DNA of 64,000 nucleotides from assembly GCA_030650095.1 (NCBI GenBank), contig JAUSEE010000002.1, positions 6,711 to 70,710 on the forward strand. Direction: 5' to 3'. Under the pieces are notes generated by a model. The model saw only the letters and a program-made list of their open reading frames with translations, had not been told where the DNA came from and did no database searches. Source of the stretch: Candidatus Buchananbacteria bacterium (GTDB lineage: Bacteria; Patescibacteriota; Patescibacteriia; 2-01-FULL-39-33). The translations under genes and the position numbers were made by a program. Within the stretch, counting starts at the first letter, position 1, and every line of letters begins with the position of its first letter. Below, in pieces: positions 26,965-36,366 of this stretch.

Positions 26965-28183
26965 AATATTGGCTAAGATAGTTATTTTAAGCTTTTTAGG
27001 CTTGTCTTTTTTGGCAGCGTCTTTTCCGGCGAAGGCGGCGGAAAAAATAGAAATTAATTTTTTTCATAGCAAAACCTGCCCCGTTTGCATCCAAGAGGGC
27101 CAGTTTTTGAACCAGTTGTCAGTAGATTTTCCTGATGTGATTATTAACCGTTACGACGTGGCCGAAACAGCCACCATCTCTAAAATAGAAGATTTTTATA
27201 AAAATTATAATGTGCCCCAAGAGAATTGGGGATTAGTACCAGCCACCTTTATCGGCCAGCAGGCTTATTTGGGGTTTAGCGAAAAAACCGGCATTATCAT
27301 GAGGGAGCAGATAAGCAAATTAGCCAAAGGTGAAAATGGCGGTTCGGGCACCGAACTTTCCAATACTACCTTTGAACAACAAATAACTGATCAATTAGAT
27401 GTCCTAAAGCAAAGAAAGATTAAGATTCCGTTTTTAGGCGAATTGCAAATAGCCGGATTGTCTCCTTTTAATCTTAGTTTAATGGTTGGGGTATTAGACG
27501 GATTCAACGCTTGCGCCATGGTGGCGCTGGGAATACTTATGGCCATTTTAATTTCTACCGGCAATAGGAAAAGAGTGATACTGATAGGTGGCACGTTTAT
27601 TTTGGTGTCCGGTTTGGTTTATTATATTTTTATTGCGGCCTGGCTTAATGTTTTCCTTTTCTTGGGTTATATCAAAATAATAACTTACATTATTTCCGCT
27701 TTTATAATTTTATTCTCTTTTTTCCTGTTAAAAGATTATTTCAATAATATTATCTGCAAGATATGCAATGTAAAAAACGATCGGCCGGATGGATTTTTAA
27801 CCAAATTTCAGAAATATTTATTTGCTAAGGCTAACAAGACGGTTTCATCGGATATGCCCCTCGTCCTTATGCTACTGGGGGTAGCGGTCGTGGCTGCGGG
27901 CATAAATATTATTGAATTGTTCTGTTCTTTAGGCTTTCCTTTGGCTTACACCAAAATATTAGCTTCCCATAATTTGCCAACCTATCAATACTATCTGTCC
28001 CTCTTAGTATACATATTCTTTTACATGCTGGATGATCTGCTTATTTTCCTGATCGCCGTTGTTACTTTAAGGGTAACAAAAGTTTCCGAGAAGTATTTAA
28101 AATTCATTAAATTAATCAGCGGAGTTGTTTTATTAATCTTAGGTTTTATCATGTTGTTTAAGCCGGAAATCCTGACTTTTTAA
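26954..28183 (+). CDS. Secreted thioredoxin/DsbA-like domain (CPVC) fused to a polytopic membrane domain; thiol-disulfide relay candidate
   Basis: Signal peptide, FFHSKTCPVCIQEG, VPATFIG cis-Pro; C-terminal ~6 TM with Cys-containing segments (NACAMV, CKICN). Confidence 0.45.
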   Translation: MINKILAKIVILSFLGLSFLAASFPAKAAEKIEINFFHSKTCPVCIQEGQFLNQLSVDFPDVIINRYDVAETATISKIEDFYKNYNVPQENWGLVPATFIGQQAYLGFSEKTGIIMREQISKLAKGENGGSGTELSNTTFEQQITDQLDVLKQRKIKIPFLGELQIAGLSPFNLSLMVGVLDGFNACAMVALGILMAILISTGNRKRVILIGGTFILVSGLVYYIFIAAWLNVFLFLGYIKIITYIISAFIILFSFFLLKDYFNNIICKICNVKNDRPDGFLTKFQKYLFAKANKTVSSDMPLVLMLLGVAVVAAGINIIELFCSLGFPLAYTKILASHNLPTYQYYLSLLVYIFFYMLDDLLIFLIAVVTLRVTKVSEKYLKFIKLISGVVLLILGFIMLFKPEILTF

Positions 28184-28254
28184 TATGATTGCGTTTTTTC
28201 CGTCTTAGGAGTAAAATTATATATATTTAAAAACTGATAAATAACTAATAATTT

Positions 28255-29148
28255 ATGTTTAAATTATTCAAAAGAAACGAGAACGAGGAGGAGAATCAGA
28301 AGTCTAATCTTATTCGCGGATTGGTCTATGGCTTGGGCGGCGCTTTGATTATTGCCATCATTATTTTACTTATTATTTTCGGAGGAAAAATAACCGATAA
28401 GATAGGCGGTAAAAATAATAATACCAATACTAATAACGCAGCTGGTGTTGATGCGCCTAAATTAAGAATCACAGTGGTGACCTCTAAAAATTGCGAAGGA
28501 AAATGCTTTGATATCAATCTTTTCCTGGATGCTCTTAGGCAAAACGGTATTCAAGAAGTGGGATTGGAAACAGTTAATATAGAAGACAGCCAAGGCAAAG
28601 ATTTGGTTGATAAATATAAAATCGAAAAAGTTCCGACAGTCTTGATCTCCGGCGAATTGGATAAAAATGCTCAATTAGCCCAGGCTTGGACAGCTTTAGG
28701 CGAGATAATTGATAATGTCTTCGTTTTCAGAAAATTAATACCTCCTTATATGGAAGTCGCCACCGGCAATGTAAGGGGTAATTTCTCCTTGGTTTATCTA
28801 ACTGATCAATCTTGCACCGGTTGCTATGATGTCAAACTTCATGACACGGCTTTGGGTAATTTGGGCCTAGCCACTAAAGATGGCAAATTAGTTGACGTCA
28901 GTTCAGATGAGGGCAAAGAATTAGTTAAGAAATACTCTATTTTATCTGTGCCGACAATATTAATTAGCGGTGATTTAGCCGAATATGCCGGTTTGCAGCA
29001 AATTTGGCCTCAAGTGGGTGAAATAACCGATGATGGGACTTATATTTTTACCAAAATGGATGAAATGGGCAGTTACATGGATTTGAAAACAGGCAAATTA
29101 GTAGAAGTTGCTCCGCCAGCAGCCCCAGCCACAACGCCAACTCCATAA
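28255..29148 (+). CDS. Membrane-anchored protein with two tandem thioredoxin-fold repeats (CEGKC / CTGC)
   Basis: Internal duplication ...NCEGKCFD...KVPTVLISGEL... and ...SCTGCYD...SVPTILISGDL...; N-terminal TM; Pro/Ala/Thr C-tail. Confidence 0.45.
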   Translation: MFKLFKRNENEEENQKSNLIRGLVYGLGGALIIAIIILLIIFGGKITDKIGGKNNNTNTNNAAGVDAPKLRITVVTSKNCEGKCFDINLFLDALRQNGIQEVGLETVNIEDSQGKDLVDKYKIEKVPTVLISGELDKNAQLAQAWTALGEIIDNVFVFRKLIPPYMEVATGNVRGNFSLVYLTDQSCTGCYDVKLHDTALGNLGLATKDGKLVDVSSDEGKELVKKYSILSVPTILISGDLAEYAGLQQIWPQVGEITDDGTYIFTKMDEMGSYMDLKTGKLVEVAPPAAPATTPTP

Positions 29149-29250
29149 ATCATTCGAATATTTTATTTATCTCTAGTTATAATAAAAGGCGGTTAAACCC
29201 GTCTTTTATGTTTTTTAAACATTGATTTGCCTGGCCAATAATGATATTAT

Positions 29251-29937
29251 ATGGATATTATGAGTAAATTATACATAGTGGCTACGCCCATAGGGAATTT
29301 GGCTGATATCACCTTAAGAGCGATTGAAATCTTGAAAGGTGTTGATTTAATTCTCTGCGAGGATACCAGGGTTTCCAGGACATTGCTTGATCATTACGGC
29401 ATTACTACCAAAGTAATTTCTTATCATCAGCATAGCGGGCCAAGTAAAATTAATTTATTGCTGGAGAAAATAAAATCCGGCATTGACGTGGCTTTAATCA
29501 CCGATGCCGGCACGCCCGGCATTTCCGATCCGGGCAATAAATTAATAGCGGACATAATAAAAAATACCGGCCAGAGTTGCCAGATGATTCCCATACCCGG
29601 GCCATCAGCGGTTATTTCTGCTTTGTCTATTTCCGGAGTTCCTACTGATAGATTTTTGTTTTTAGGCTTTATACCCCACAAAAAGGGACGGGAAACTTTG
29701 TTTAAGAGAATAGAAGCCAGCTTGGAAACCGTGGTTTTTTATGAATCAACCCATAGAATAATTAAAACCCTGGAGAGCCTAAACGGACTACTGGGCCTAG
29801 ACAGGGAAGTGGTGGTTTGCCGGGAGTTAACCAAAAAATTCGAAACTGTTTATCGAGGCAATATAAAAGAAGTTTTAGATACAATAAAACCCGGCGTTAC
29901 CAAAGGCGAGTTTGTAGTGGTGGTAGCCGGAAAATAA
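29251..29937 (+). CDS. rsmI: 16S rRNA (cytidine1402-2'-O)-methyltransferase
   Basis: LYIVATPIGNLADITLRAIEILKGVDLILCEDTRVSRTLLDHYGI (tetrapyrrole-methylase fold, RsmI signature). Confidence 0.8.
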   Translation: MDIMSKLYIVATPIGNLADITLRAIEILKGVDLILCEDTRVSRTLLDHYGITTKVISYHQHSGPSKINLLLEKIKSGIDVALITDAGTPGISDPGNKLIADIIKNTGQSCQMIPIPGPSAVISALSISGVPTDRFLFLGFIPHKKGRETLFKRIEASLETVVFYESTHRIIKTLESLNGLLGLDREVVVCRELTKKFETVYRGNIKEVLDTIKPGVTKGEFVVVVAGK

Positions 29938-29956
29938 ATTAAAATAACCATAAATT

Positions 29957-31459
29957 ATGAAAAAATTTTATATCACTACCCCGATTTATTATGTCAACGA
30001 TAAGCCCCATATCGGCCATGCTTACACCACCATTGCCGCTGATGTTCTGGCCAGGTACCACCGCTTAAAAGGCGATGAAGTATTTTTTTTAACCGGCACC
30101 GATGAACATGGTTCCAAAGTGGCGGAGAGCGCTCAAGCAGCCAACAAATCTCCTCAAGAATTCTGTGATGAAAACAGCGCTAAATTCCAGATGGTTTGGG
30201 ACAGGCTGAATATATCCCATAATAATTTTCTTCGCACCACTTCTTTGCAGCACAAGCAGGGGGTAGAAAAATTTTTGAATAAATTAAAAGAATCAGGCTC
30301 TATTTACGAGAGCGATTATCAGGGTCTTTATTGCACCGGTTGCGAGAGATTTATTACCGAGAAAGAGCTACTTGACGGTTTATGTCCCGATCATAAGAAA
30401 GCGCCGGAAGTTTTGAAAGAAAAAAATTATTTTTTTAAGCTTAAAGATTATTTGCCCCAGATAGCCAAACTGATAAATAGCGGCGAATTGATGATTTTGC
30501 CGGAAAATAAGAAAAATGAAGTTTTGGGTTTGATCAAACAGGGTTTGGATGATTTTTCCATTTCCAGAGAAAGTGTCAAATGGGGCATTAAAATACCTTT
30601 TAATGACAGCCAAATAACTTATGTTTGGGTGGAAGCCCTGCAGAATTATATCACCGGCATCGGCTATGGCGCCGATGAGGAAAATTTTAATAAATTCTGG
30701 CCGGCCGATATCCATTTGATGGCCAAGGATATTATCAAATTCCATGCTCTTTATTGGCCGGCCATGCTCCTGGCGGCCGGTTTGCCTCTGCCCAAGGTTA
30801 TTTTTGCCCATGGATTTTTTACCATTGATGGCGAGAAAATGAGCAAGACTTTGGGCAATGTGATTGATCCGGAAGCTTTAGTGGATGAATTCGGCTCTGA
30901 TGCTGTTAGGTATCTTCTTTTATCCCAATTTCCTTTTGGCGCCGACGGCGATGTTAAGGCGGGTAATTTTGTCATCCAATATAATTCTGATCTGGCCAAT
31001 GGCTTGGGCAACTTAACTTCCAGAGTCTTGTCTATGGCCGAAAAATATTTCGACGGCGTTGTGCCGGAAAAAGATTTTGAATTTTCTGATGAGACAGCCG
31101 GCATTTGGCATCAGTATGAAGATGCTATGAAAATCTTTAAAATAGATGAGGTGATTGAAATAATCAGAAAATTCAATTCTTTCGCCGATGGTTATGTTGA
31201 AAGGCAAAAGCCTTGGCAGTTAGCTAAAGAGGACAAGGAGCAATTAGCCAAAGTTATTTATAATCTGCTGGAATCAATCAGGCATTTGGCTTTAATGGTT
31301 TATCCGATTATGCCCGATGTAGCCGAACAGATTTTTAAATATCTTAACCAGGCTGATTGGAAAAGCCATAATTTTAAGGAACTGATTGATTGGGGCGTAC
31401 TTGAGCCGGCAGCAAAAGTTGAAAAAGCCAAAGCCTTGTTTCCTAGGTTAGAAAAATAA
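29957..31459 (+). CDS. metG: Methionyl-tRNA synthetase (minimal form)
   Basis: HIGH motif PHIGHAYT, KMSKS motif KMSKTLGN, Zn knuckle CTGCERF...CPDH. Confidence 0.9.
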   Translation: MKKFYITTPIYYVNDKPHIGHAYTTIAADVLARYHRLKGDEVFFLTGTDEHGSKVAESAQAANKSPQEFCDENSAKFQMVWDRLNISHNNFLRTTSLQHKQGVEKFLNKLKESGSIYESDYQGLYCTGCERFITEKELLDGLCPDHKKAPEVLKEKNYFFKLKDYLPQIAKLINSGELMILPENKKNEVLGLIKQGLDDFSISRESVKWGIKIPFNDSQITYVWVEALQNYITGIGYGADEENFNKFWPADIHLMAKDIIKFHALYWPAMLLAAGLPLPKVIFAHGFFTIDGEKMSKTLGNVIDPEALVDEFGSDAVRYLLLSQFPFGADGDVKAGNFVIQYNSDLANGLGNLTSRVLSMAEKYFDGVVPEKDFEFSDETAGIWHQYEDAMKIFKIDEVIEIIRKFNSFADGYVERQKPWQLAKEDKEQLAKVIYNLLESIRHLALMVYPIMPDVAEQIFKYLNQADWKSHNFKELIDWGVLEPAAKVEKAKALFPRLEK

Positions 31460-31574
31460 TACTATTTTTTCTTGTTATTTCTCTTTCCCAACGATGCTTG
31501 TTAAAGGCCCAAGTTCACTGCTAATTTTATTATCAACTTTTTAGAGTTACATGATTATTTTATAAAATAAAAAT

Positions 31575-32066
31575 ATGTTTTTTACTTTAGTGGATGTAAT
31601 TTTAATTGTGGCTGTCGCTGGTTTTGTGATGCTGGGGTTTTTTATGGGATTGATATCGGTTATCGGATCGCTCTTTGGGATAGTTTTTGGAACTTGGGCG
31701 GCCAGCAGTTATTTTATGCCGGTGGCCGATTTTATTTCACCTTATATATTGGGGCATGACGGCTTAGCTAAAACCTTGGCTTTTTTAGCCATATTTTTTA
31801 TCGTTAACAGAGCAGTGTCTTTAATCTTTTGGCTGATTAATAAATCTTTCAATCTTGTTTCCATAATTCCATTTTTAAAATCCATAAATCGCTTAGCCGG
31901 AGCAATCCTGGGCTTATTTGAAGGCGTGGTTATAATCGGCCTGGCTGTTTTTATCATGTCCAAGTTCATTACCAATGTTTCTTGGATTTCTCAGTCGCTC
32001 AATAATTCAAAGATAGCGCACTTGTTGGTTTTAATAACTCAATTTTTAAGCAATTTTATTCCTTAG
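31575..32066 (+). CDS. CvpA-family membrane protein
   Basis: 163 aa, 4 TM, N-terminal pattern VDVILIVAVAGFVMLGFFMGLISVIGSLFG. Confidence 0.45.
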   Translation: MFFTLVDVILIVAVAGFVMLGFFMGLISVIGSLFGIVFGTWAASSYFMPVADFISPYILGHDGLAKTLAFLAIFFIVNRAVSLIFWLINKSFNLVSIIPFLKSINRLAGAILGLFEGVVIIGLAVFIMSKFITNVSWISQSLNNSKIAHLLVLITQFLSNFIP

Positions 32067-32067
32067 T

Positions 32068-32931
32068 ATGCTGATTGATTCACATTGCCATGTAAATTTT
32101 AATGCCTATAACAAAGATGACCGCGAGATTATTGATCGGTCTTTGGCTGAAGATATTTGGCTGATTAATATCGGCTCAGAATATGAGACATCAAGAAGAA
32201 GCATTGGGATAGCGGAAAATTATCAGCAAGGGGTTTATGCGGTCGTTGGCCTCCATCCTATTCATGTGACTGGCGATGTCACAGAAAGTGTCATAACTAA
32301 TGGCCAGACGCAAGAAGTGACAACGCGGCGGGAAGAATTTGATTATAATAAGTACAAGGAACTGGCTAAATCATCAAAAAAGGTGGTCGGTTTGGGGGAG
32401 GTGGGGTTGGATTATTTTTATTTTGATAGAAATGAGGCTGATGCCAAGGCTAAAAAGAATTTACAAAAAGAATATTTTAATCAATTTATAAATTTAGCTA
32501 GTGAACTTAATTTGCCGCTGGTAGTGCATTGTCGGGGGCATAAAGACAACCCCTACGAAGTTTATGATGATATTTTAGAAATAATACAAGGCAGTGATAA
32601 AAAAATAAGAGGGGTTATACATTGTTTTGGCGGTAATTCCTCTCAAGCCCAAAAGTTTATTAATCTGGGGTTTTATATTGGCTTTACCGGCATAATAACT
32701 TTTAAGAAAAAAGCCGAAGAACTCCAGCAGATAGCCAAGGAAATTCCTTTGGAAAAAATATTAATTGAAACTGATGCGCCATATCTAGCTCCGGAACCGC
32801 ACCGAGGACAGAGGAATGAGCCGTCCTACGTTAAGTTTGTGGCGCAAAAAATAGCTCAATTAAAAGGTTTAAATTTAGAAGAAGTGGCTAATACTACCAC
32901 AGCCAATGCCAGGAATTTGTTTAATATTTAA
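32068..32931 (+). CDS. tatD: TatD-family metal-dependent DNase/hydrolase
   Basis: MLIDSHCHVNF start and ETDAPYL region typical of TatD. Confidence 0.85.
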   Translation: MLIDSHCHVNFNAYNKDDREIIDRSLAEDIWLINIGSEYETSRRSIGIAENYQQGVYAVVGLHPIHVTGDVTESVITNGQTQEVTTRREEFDYNKYKELAKSSKKVVGLGEVGLDYFYFDRNEADAKAKKNLQKEYFNQFINLASELNLPLVVHCRGHKDNPYEVYDDILEIIQGSDKKIRGVIHCFGGNSSQAQKFINLGFYIGFTGIITFKKKAEELQQIAKEIPLEKILIETDAPYLAPEPHRGQRNEPSYVKFVAQKIAQLKGLNLEEVANTTTANARNLFNI

Positions 32932-32933
32932 AT

Positions 32934-35021
32934 ATGGTAAACCTAGTTATTTTAATCATTAATTTAATCTCCACCGCCTTTGTTTATTTTGGCCTGCAGC
33001 TTGGTTGGTTGATTAGTTTTAATATTATTTTTTTCTTAGCCTGGCTTTTTTCTTTGAATATTTTTTCGGCTTTGATTTTATCAAAAATTTTTTCTTTACC
33101 AAAAATTTATTTAAAAATATTAAGCCTTTTTTTAGATATCGTACTTCTTGGTTTCATAGCCAATATCTCTACCAGTTGGCTGGTCTTTAATAATCTGTCA
33201 TTTCTAATTTCACTGATGGCAACCAGCCTGATTTTATTCCTCTGGTCTTACGGCTTAAGGAATATAAAACCACTGCCTCAAACTTATTTAGGCAAAAACG
33301 AAGGCTTATGGGATTTTAAGAGCTGGCTTCTTATTGTATTTTCAGTTTTGACTAGTGCTGGTTTTATCGTAATATTTTTAGTTCAAACTAGTGCCTATCT
33401 TTCGAGTCCTTGGCAGGTTTTGCCTTTTTGGTATGCCCTTATAATTTTAATTTTGTTACTTTTTGTTTTTTCTTTGGTTTTTTCCAAAAAAAAGGTTTGG
33501 TTGATCTTGACTTCAATTATTATCATCTCCTTCCTAATGCATTCGTATTTATTGGTTTATAGCCAAGGCTTTGGTGGTGATAAATGGAGGCACTTGGGCT
33601 CGGAAAACAGGATACTTTCGGAACTTGCTTATCAACCCACTCTCTTGGCCAATGATATTTGGTACAAGAATATCGGCGGTCTAAATTTGCCCCAAGCTTT
33701 GATAGCCGGTCCCAAAATTTCTTATGGCTTTGAGTGGTCTTTGGCCGTTACTATAGCCAAAATATTTCAAATTGATATTTTCATTTTAGACAAGTATCTT
33801 ATATTAATATTATGGTCTTTATTTTTGCCGCTGATGGCTTTTATTCTAGCTCTTCAGTTAAAAGTTAAAAATAGATACGCCCTTTTGGCTTCGGCTTTGA
33901 CTTTGATTTTTTATATCTTGCAATATTATGGCAGTCAAACACTCCCTATAAGCTTTTCCGCTTTGTATTTTTTATTTTTAATCAGTTGTTTTTTGTCTTA
34001 TGTGAATAATAAGCAAAGCGGTATTTTGTTATTTTTAATATTTTTGACCGCCCTGTCTTATTTTGGCTATTCCTTGGCTTTTATTATTTTGATTTTGTCT
34101 TTGATTTGGTCTCTAGCTGTCAGCTTAAAGCCGCTTAAAAAATACCTTATTTTTTTTGCCTCCAGCCTGTCTATTTTTATAATTGAGCTAGTGTCTGACT
34201 TCTCTAGCTTAAAGAGCCAATTTTCTCTAAGAGAAATTATCGGTGCCGCCTTGGTAAGGGGCAACTTTTTATTTTTTGAAAAAGGGCAATTTTTACCCCT
34301 GGCTTTAAAATATTGGCCGATTTTATCTCTGATTATCAGTTTACTTTTGGGCGGTGTTTTAATAGCTTCAATTTTAAAAATGTTAAAAGAAAAAAAACCG
34401 ACCCACTTGTTTTTGGTGGGTTTGGGTTTTATTTTGATTATAAATTATTTGTGTTCTTGGATTTTTTTAGACGGCCTTCATACTTTAGCCAGGAGAATGA
34501 ACGTCTTTATAGTCTTGGTTTTTATTTTTGTATTAGCTTATGGCTTATCTTGTTTTGTAAGTCATAAGAATAAAGCTGTCTTGGCGGTTTTAATATTAAG
34601 TCTGGTTGGTTTTTTGACTTATTCCTCCGGCCCGATTTTGGAAGCGGCTGTAAGCGGTGACGACACTTTGTCCATGAAATATGTTTGGAGCCAAGTTTAT
34701 GGTGAGCCGAAGAAATATTGCGTTTTAGCCAATAGCTGGCCGCTTCTGGCCTTGGAATCTTATTCTGCCAAAGAAATAATAGCCGGAAATTTTCCGAGTG
34801 ATTTTAATTATAGCCAGCCGGAGCGGGTTAATTTGCTAGCCGATTTCATTAAAAAACCGTCGCTGAGCCTACTGGACGAAGCCATGATTGTTACTGGCAC
34901 AAGTTCATGCTTTATAGTTATTAACTATAATTCGTTAAATGATGTGATGATTTATCAAATTAATAATCTACTGGGACAACCAAAAATATTCGGTCAAAAT
35001 TTAGTTTGGCGATATAAATAA
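32934..35021 (+). CDS. Large polytopic membrane protein (possible glycosyl/oligosaccharyl-transferase-like), function unknown
   Basis: 695 aa with >12 hydrophobic helices; no catalytic motif recognised. Confidence 0.4.
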   Translation: MVNLVILIINLISTAFVYFGLQLGWLISFNIIFFLAWLFSLNIFSALILSKIFSLPKIYLKILSLFLDIVLLGFIANISTSWLVFNNLSFLISLMATSLILFLWSYGLRNIKPLPQTYLGKNEGLWDFKSWLLIVFSVLTSAGFIVIFLVQTSAYLSSPWQVLPFWYALIILILLLFVFSLVFSKKKVWLILTSIIIISFLMHSYLLVYSQGFGGDKWRHLGSENRILSELAYQPTLLANDIWYKNIGGLNLPQALIAGPKISYGFEWSLAVTIAKIFQIDIFILDKYLILILWSLFLPLMAFILALQLKVKNRYALLASALTLIFYILQYYGSQTLPISFSALYFLFLISCFLSYVNNKQSGILLFLIFLTALSYFGYSLAFIILILSLIWSLAVSLKPLKKYLIFFASSLSIFIIELVSDFSSLKSQFSLREIIGAALVRGNFLFFEKGQFLPLALKYWPILSLIISLLLGGVLIASILKMLKEKKPTHLFLVGLGFILIINYLCSWIFLDGLHTLARRMNVFIVLVFIFVLAYGLSCFVSHKNKAVLAVLILSLVGFLTYSSGPILEAAVSGDDTLSMKYVWSQVYGEPKKYCVLANSWPLLALESYSAKEIIAGNFPSDFNYSQPERVNLLADFIKKPSLSLLDEAMIVTGTSSCFIVINYNSLNDVMIYQINNLLGQPKIFGQNLVWRYK

Positions 35022-35034
35022 TAAATATAATAAT

Positions 35035-35442
35035 ATGGATGATTGTATTTTTTGCAAGATTATAAAAGGGGAGATACCAAGTTATAAAGTTTACGAAAAC
35101 GGAGATGTCTTGGCTTTTTTGGATATTACGCCGGTTAATTCCGGCCACACTTTGGTTATTTCTAAAAACCATTATGATAACCTTATTGATTTGCCGGAAG
35201 AGGAGGCTGGTAAGTTGATCAATGTTATCAAAAAAATAACTCCGGCGATAGTAAAGGCTACCGAAGCTGATGGCTTTAATTTGAATCTTAATAATGGTTC
35301 GGCGGCCGGACAGGTTATAAATCATGTGCATTTCCATATCGTGCCCAGGAAAAATAATGATGGTTACAAGCTTTGGCCCGGCCATGTTTACCCAGCCGGT
35401 GAAGCCGAGATTGTTTTAGAAAAAATCAAGAGTAATTTGTAG
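35035..35442 (+). CDS. HIT-family (histidine triad) nucleotide hydrolase
   Basis: HVHFHIVPR histidine triad; ends with a TAG stop. Confidence 0.8.
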   Translation: MDDCIFCKIIKGEIPSYKVYENGDVLAFLDITPVNSGHTLVISKNHYDNLIDLPEEEAGKLINVIKKITPAIVKATEADGFNLNLNNGSAAGQVINHVHFHIVPRKNNDGYKLWPGHVYPAGEAEIVLEKIKSNL

Positions 35443-35468
35443 TTTGTTTTTAAATTATTTTTATTTTT

Positions 35469-35535
35469 GTCATTGCGAGGGACGAAGCAATCCCAGGCGA
35501 TATAAACATAAGATTGCTTCGTACCTCGCAATGAC
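35469..35535 (+). repeat. Family-1 nested-palindrome element, minimal copy 8
   Basis: gtcattgcgag ggac gaagcaatcc caggcgatataaacataag attgcttc gta cctcgcaatgac. Confidence 0.7.
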
Positions 35536-35559
35536 ATTTTAAAATCTTTTGACCACAAA

Positions 35560-35760
35560 ACATTCCTCTTGTTACTTTTGGTCCGCCAAAAGTAACCAAA
35601 AACTCGCGAACGTAAAAAATCATGGCCAATTATTACATAAGCTCGCTAAAGCTAATAATCAAAATAGCAACAGAATATTAGCTTCTTAACACTCGCTTTA
35701 TGTAAAATTGGCACAATATTTTTTAATGTTCGCCTTATTTTATTAAAAATCTATAAATAA
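35560..35760 (+). repeat. Conserved ~170-nt module B (structured-RNA candidate) downstream of family-1 copy 8
   Basis: 10-bp hairpin ttacttttgg-tccg-ccaaaagtaa (35572-35595) then a block homologous to 6340-6480, including hairpin agctaata..tattagct versus agccaata..tattggct in module A. Confidence 0.55.
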
Positions 35761-35793
35761 AATAGCGCGGCAATTTGCCGCGCTTTATTTTTA
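35761..35793. terminator. Bidirectional rho-independent terminator
   Basis: agcgcggcaatttgccgcgct flanked by A-run and T-run; sits between module B (+) and the dCMP deaminase gene (-). Confidence 0.5.
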
Positions 35794-36297
35794 ACCAATT
35801 ATTTCTCCTCGATTGAATTTAACTATAGGTACTAATTCCCCCTCCCAGAATTTAAGATCAACACCAGCCTCGGTAAATAGCTGCTTAGTCCTTCGAGCAT
35901 GATCTTGCCACTCGGGGGGATTTTGGTCGTCCCAGAATTTATCTATAGTCACGGTTTTTATGCCGCTTTGAATGATGGCCAGAGCGCAATTCATGCAAGG
36001 TATGCCACTGGTGTACATAATACAATCATTCAAAGACACTCCTATAAGCGCAGCATTGCAAACAGCATTGAATTCCGCATGGGCAAACCAAAAATATTTT
36101 TCCGGCCTAGCTTGCCGCTCTGCTAAATTATCATTTATCCCGCGAGGGAAACTGTTGTAGCCGGTGGAACGTATTTCTTTCTTTTGACGTCCAACGACTA
36201 CTGCGCCGATGTGAGTGCTTTGATCCTTGCTCTTGGAGGCTATTAAATAGGCCATAGTCATAAACCAACTGTCCCAATCCGGTAATAAAGGTGTCAT
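35791..36297 (-). CDS. dCMP deaminase / ComEB-type cytidine-deoxycytidylate deaminase
   Basis: HAEFNAV...PCMNCA zinc-binding deaminase motifs. Confidence 0.8.
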   Translation of the reverse strand: MTPLLPDWDSWFMTMAYLIASKSKDQSTHIGAVVVGRQKKEIRSTGYNSFPRGINDNLAERQARPEKYFWFAHAEFNAVCNAALIGVSLNDCIMYTSGIPCMNCALAIIQSGIKTVTIDKFWDDQNPPEWQDHARRTKQLFTEAGVDLKFWEGELVPIVKFNRGEIIG

Positions 36298-36366
36298 AAC
36301 TATTAATTCTCCTTTGGTTGGTGTTTAAAAGGTGCTGGATCTCTTGGCTCTTAAATTAACATAATC

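Noticed and set aside
92-35535. Family-1 elements as integron attC sites or retron msr/msd
   Set aside because: No integrase or reverse transcriptase in the window. Termini do not match the attC R''/R' cores (RYYYAAC/GTTRRRY). The elements are better described as an undescribed nested-palindrome family.
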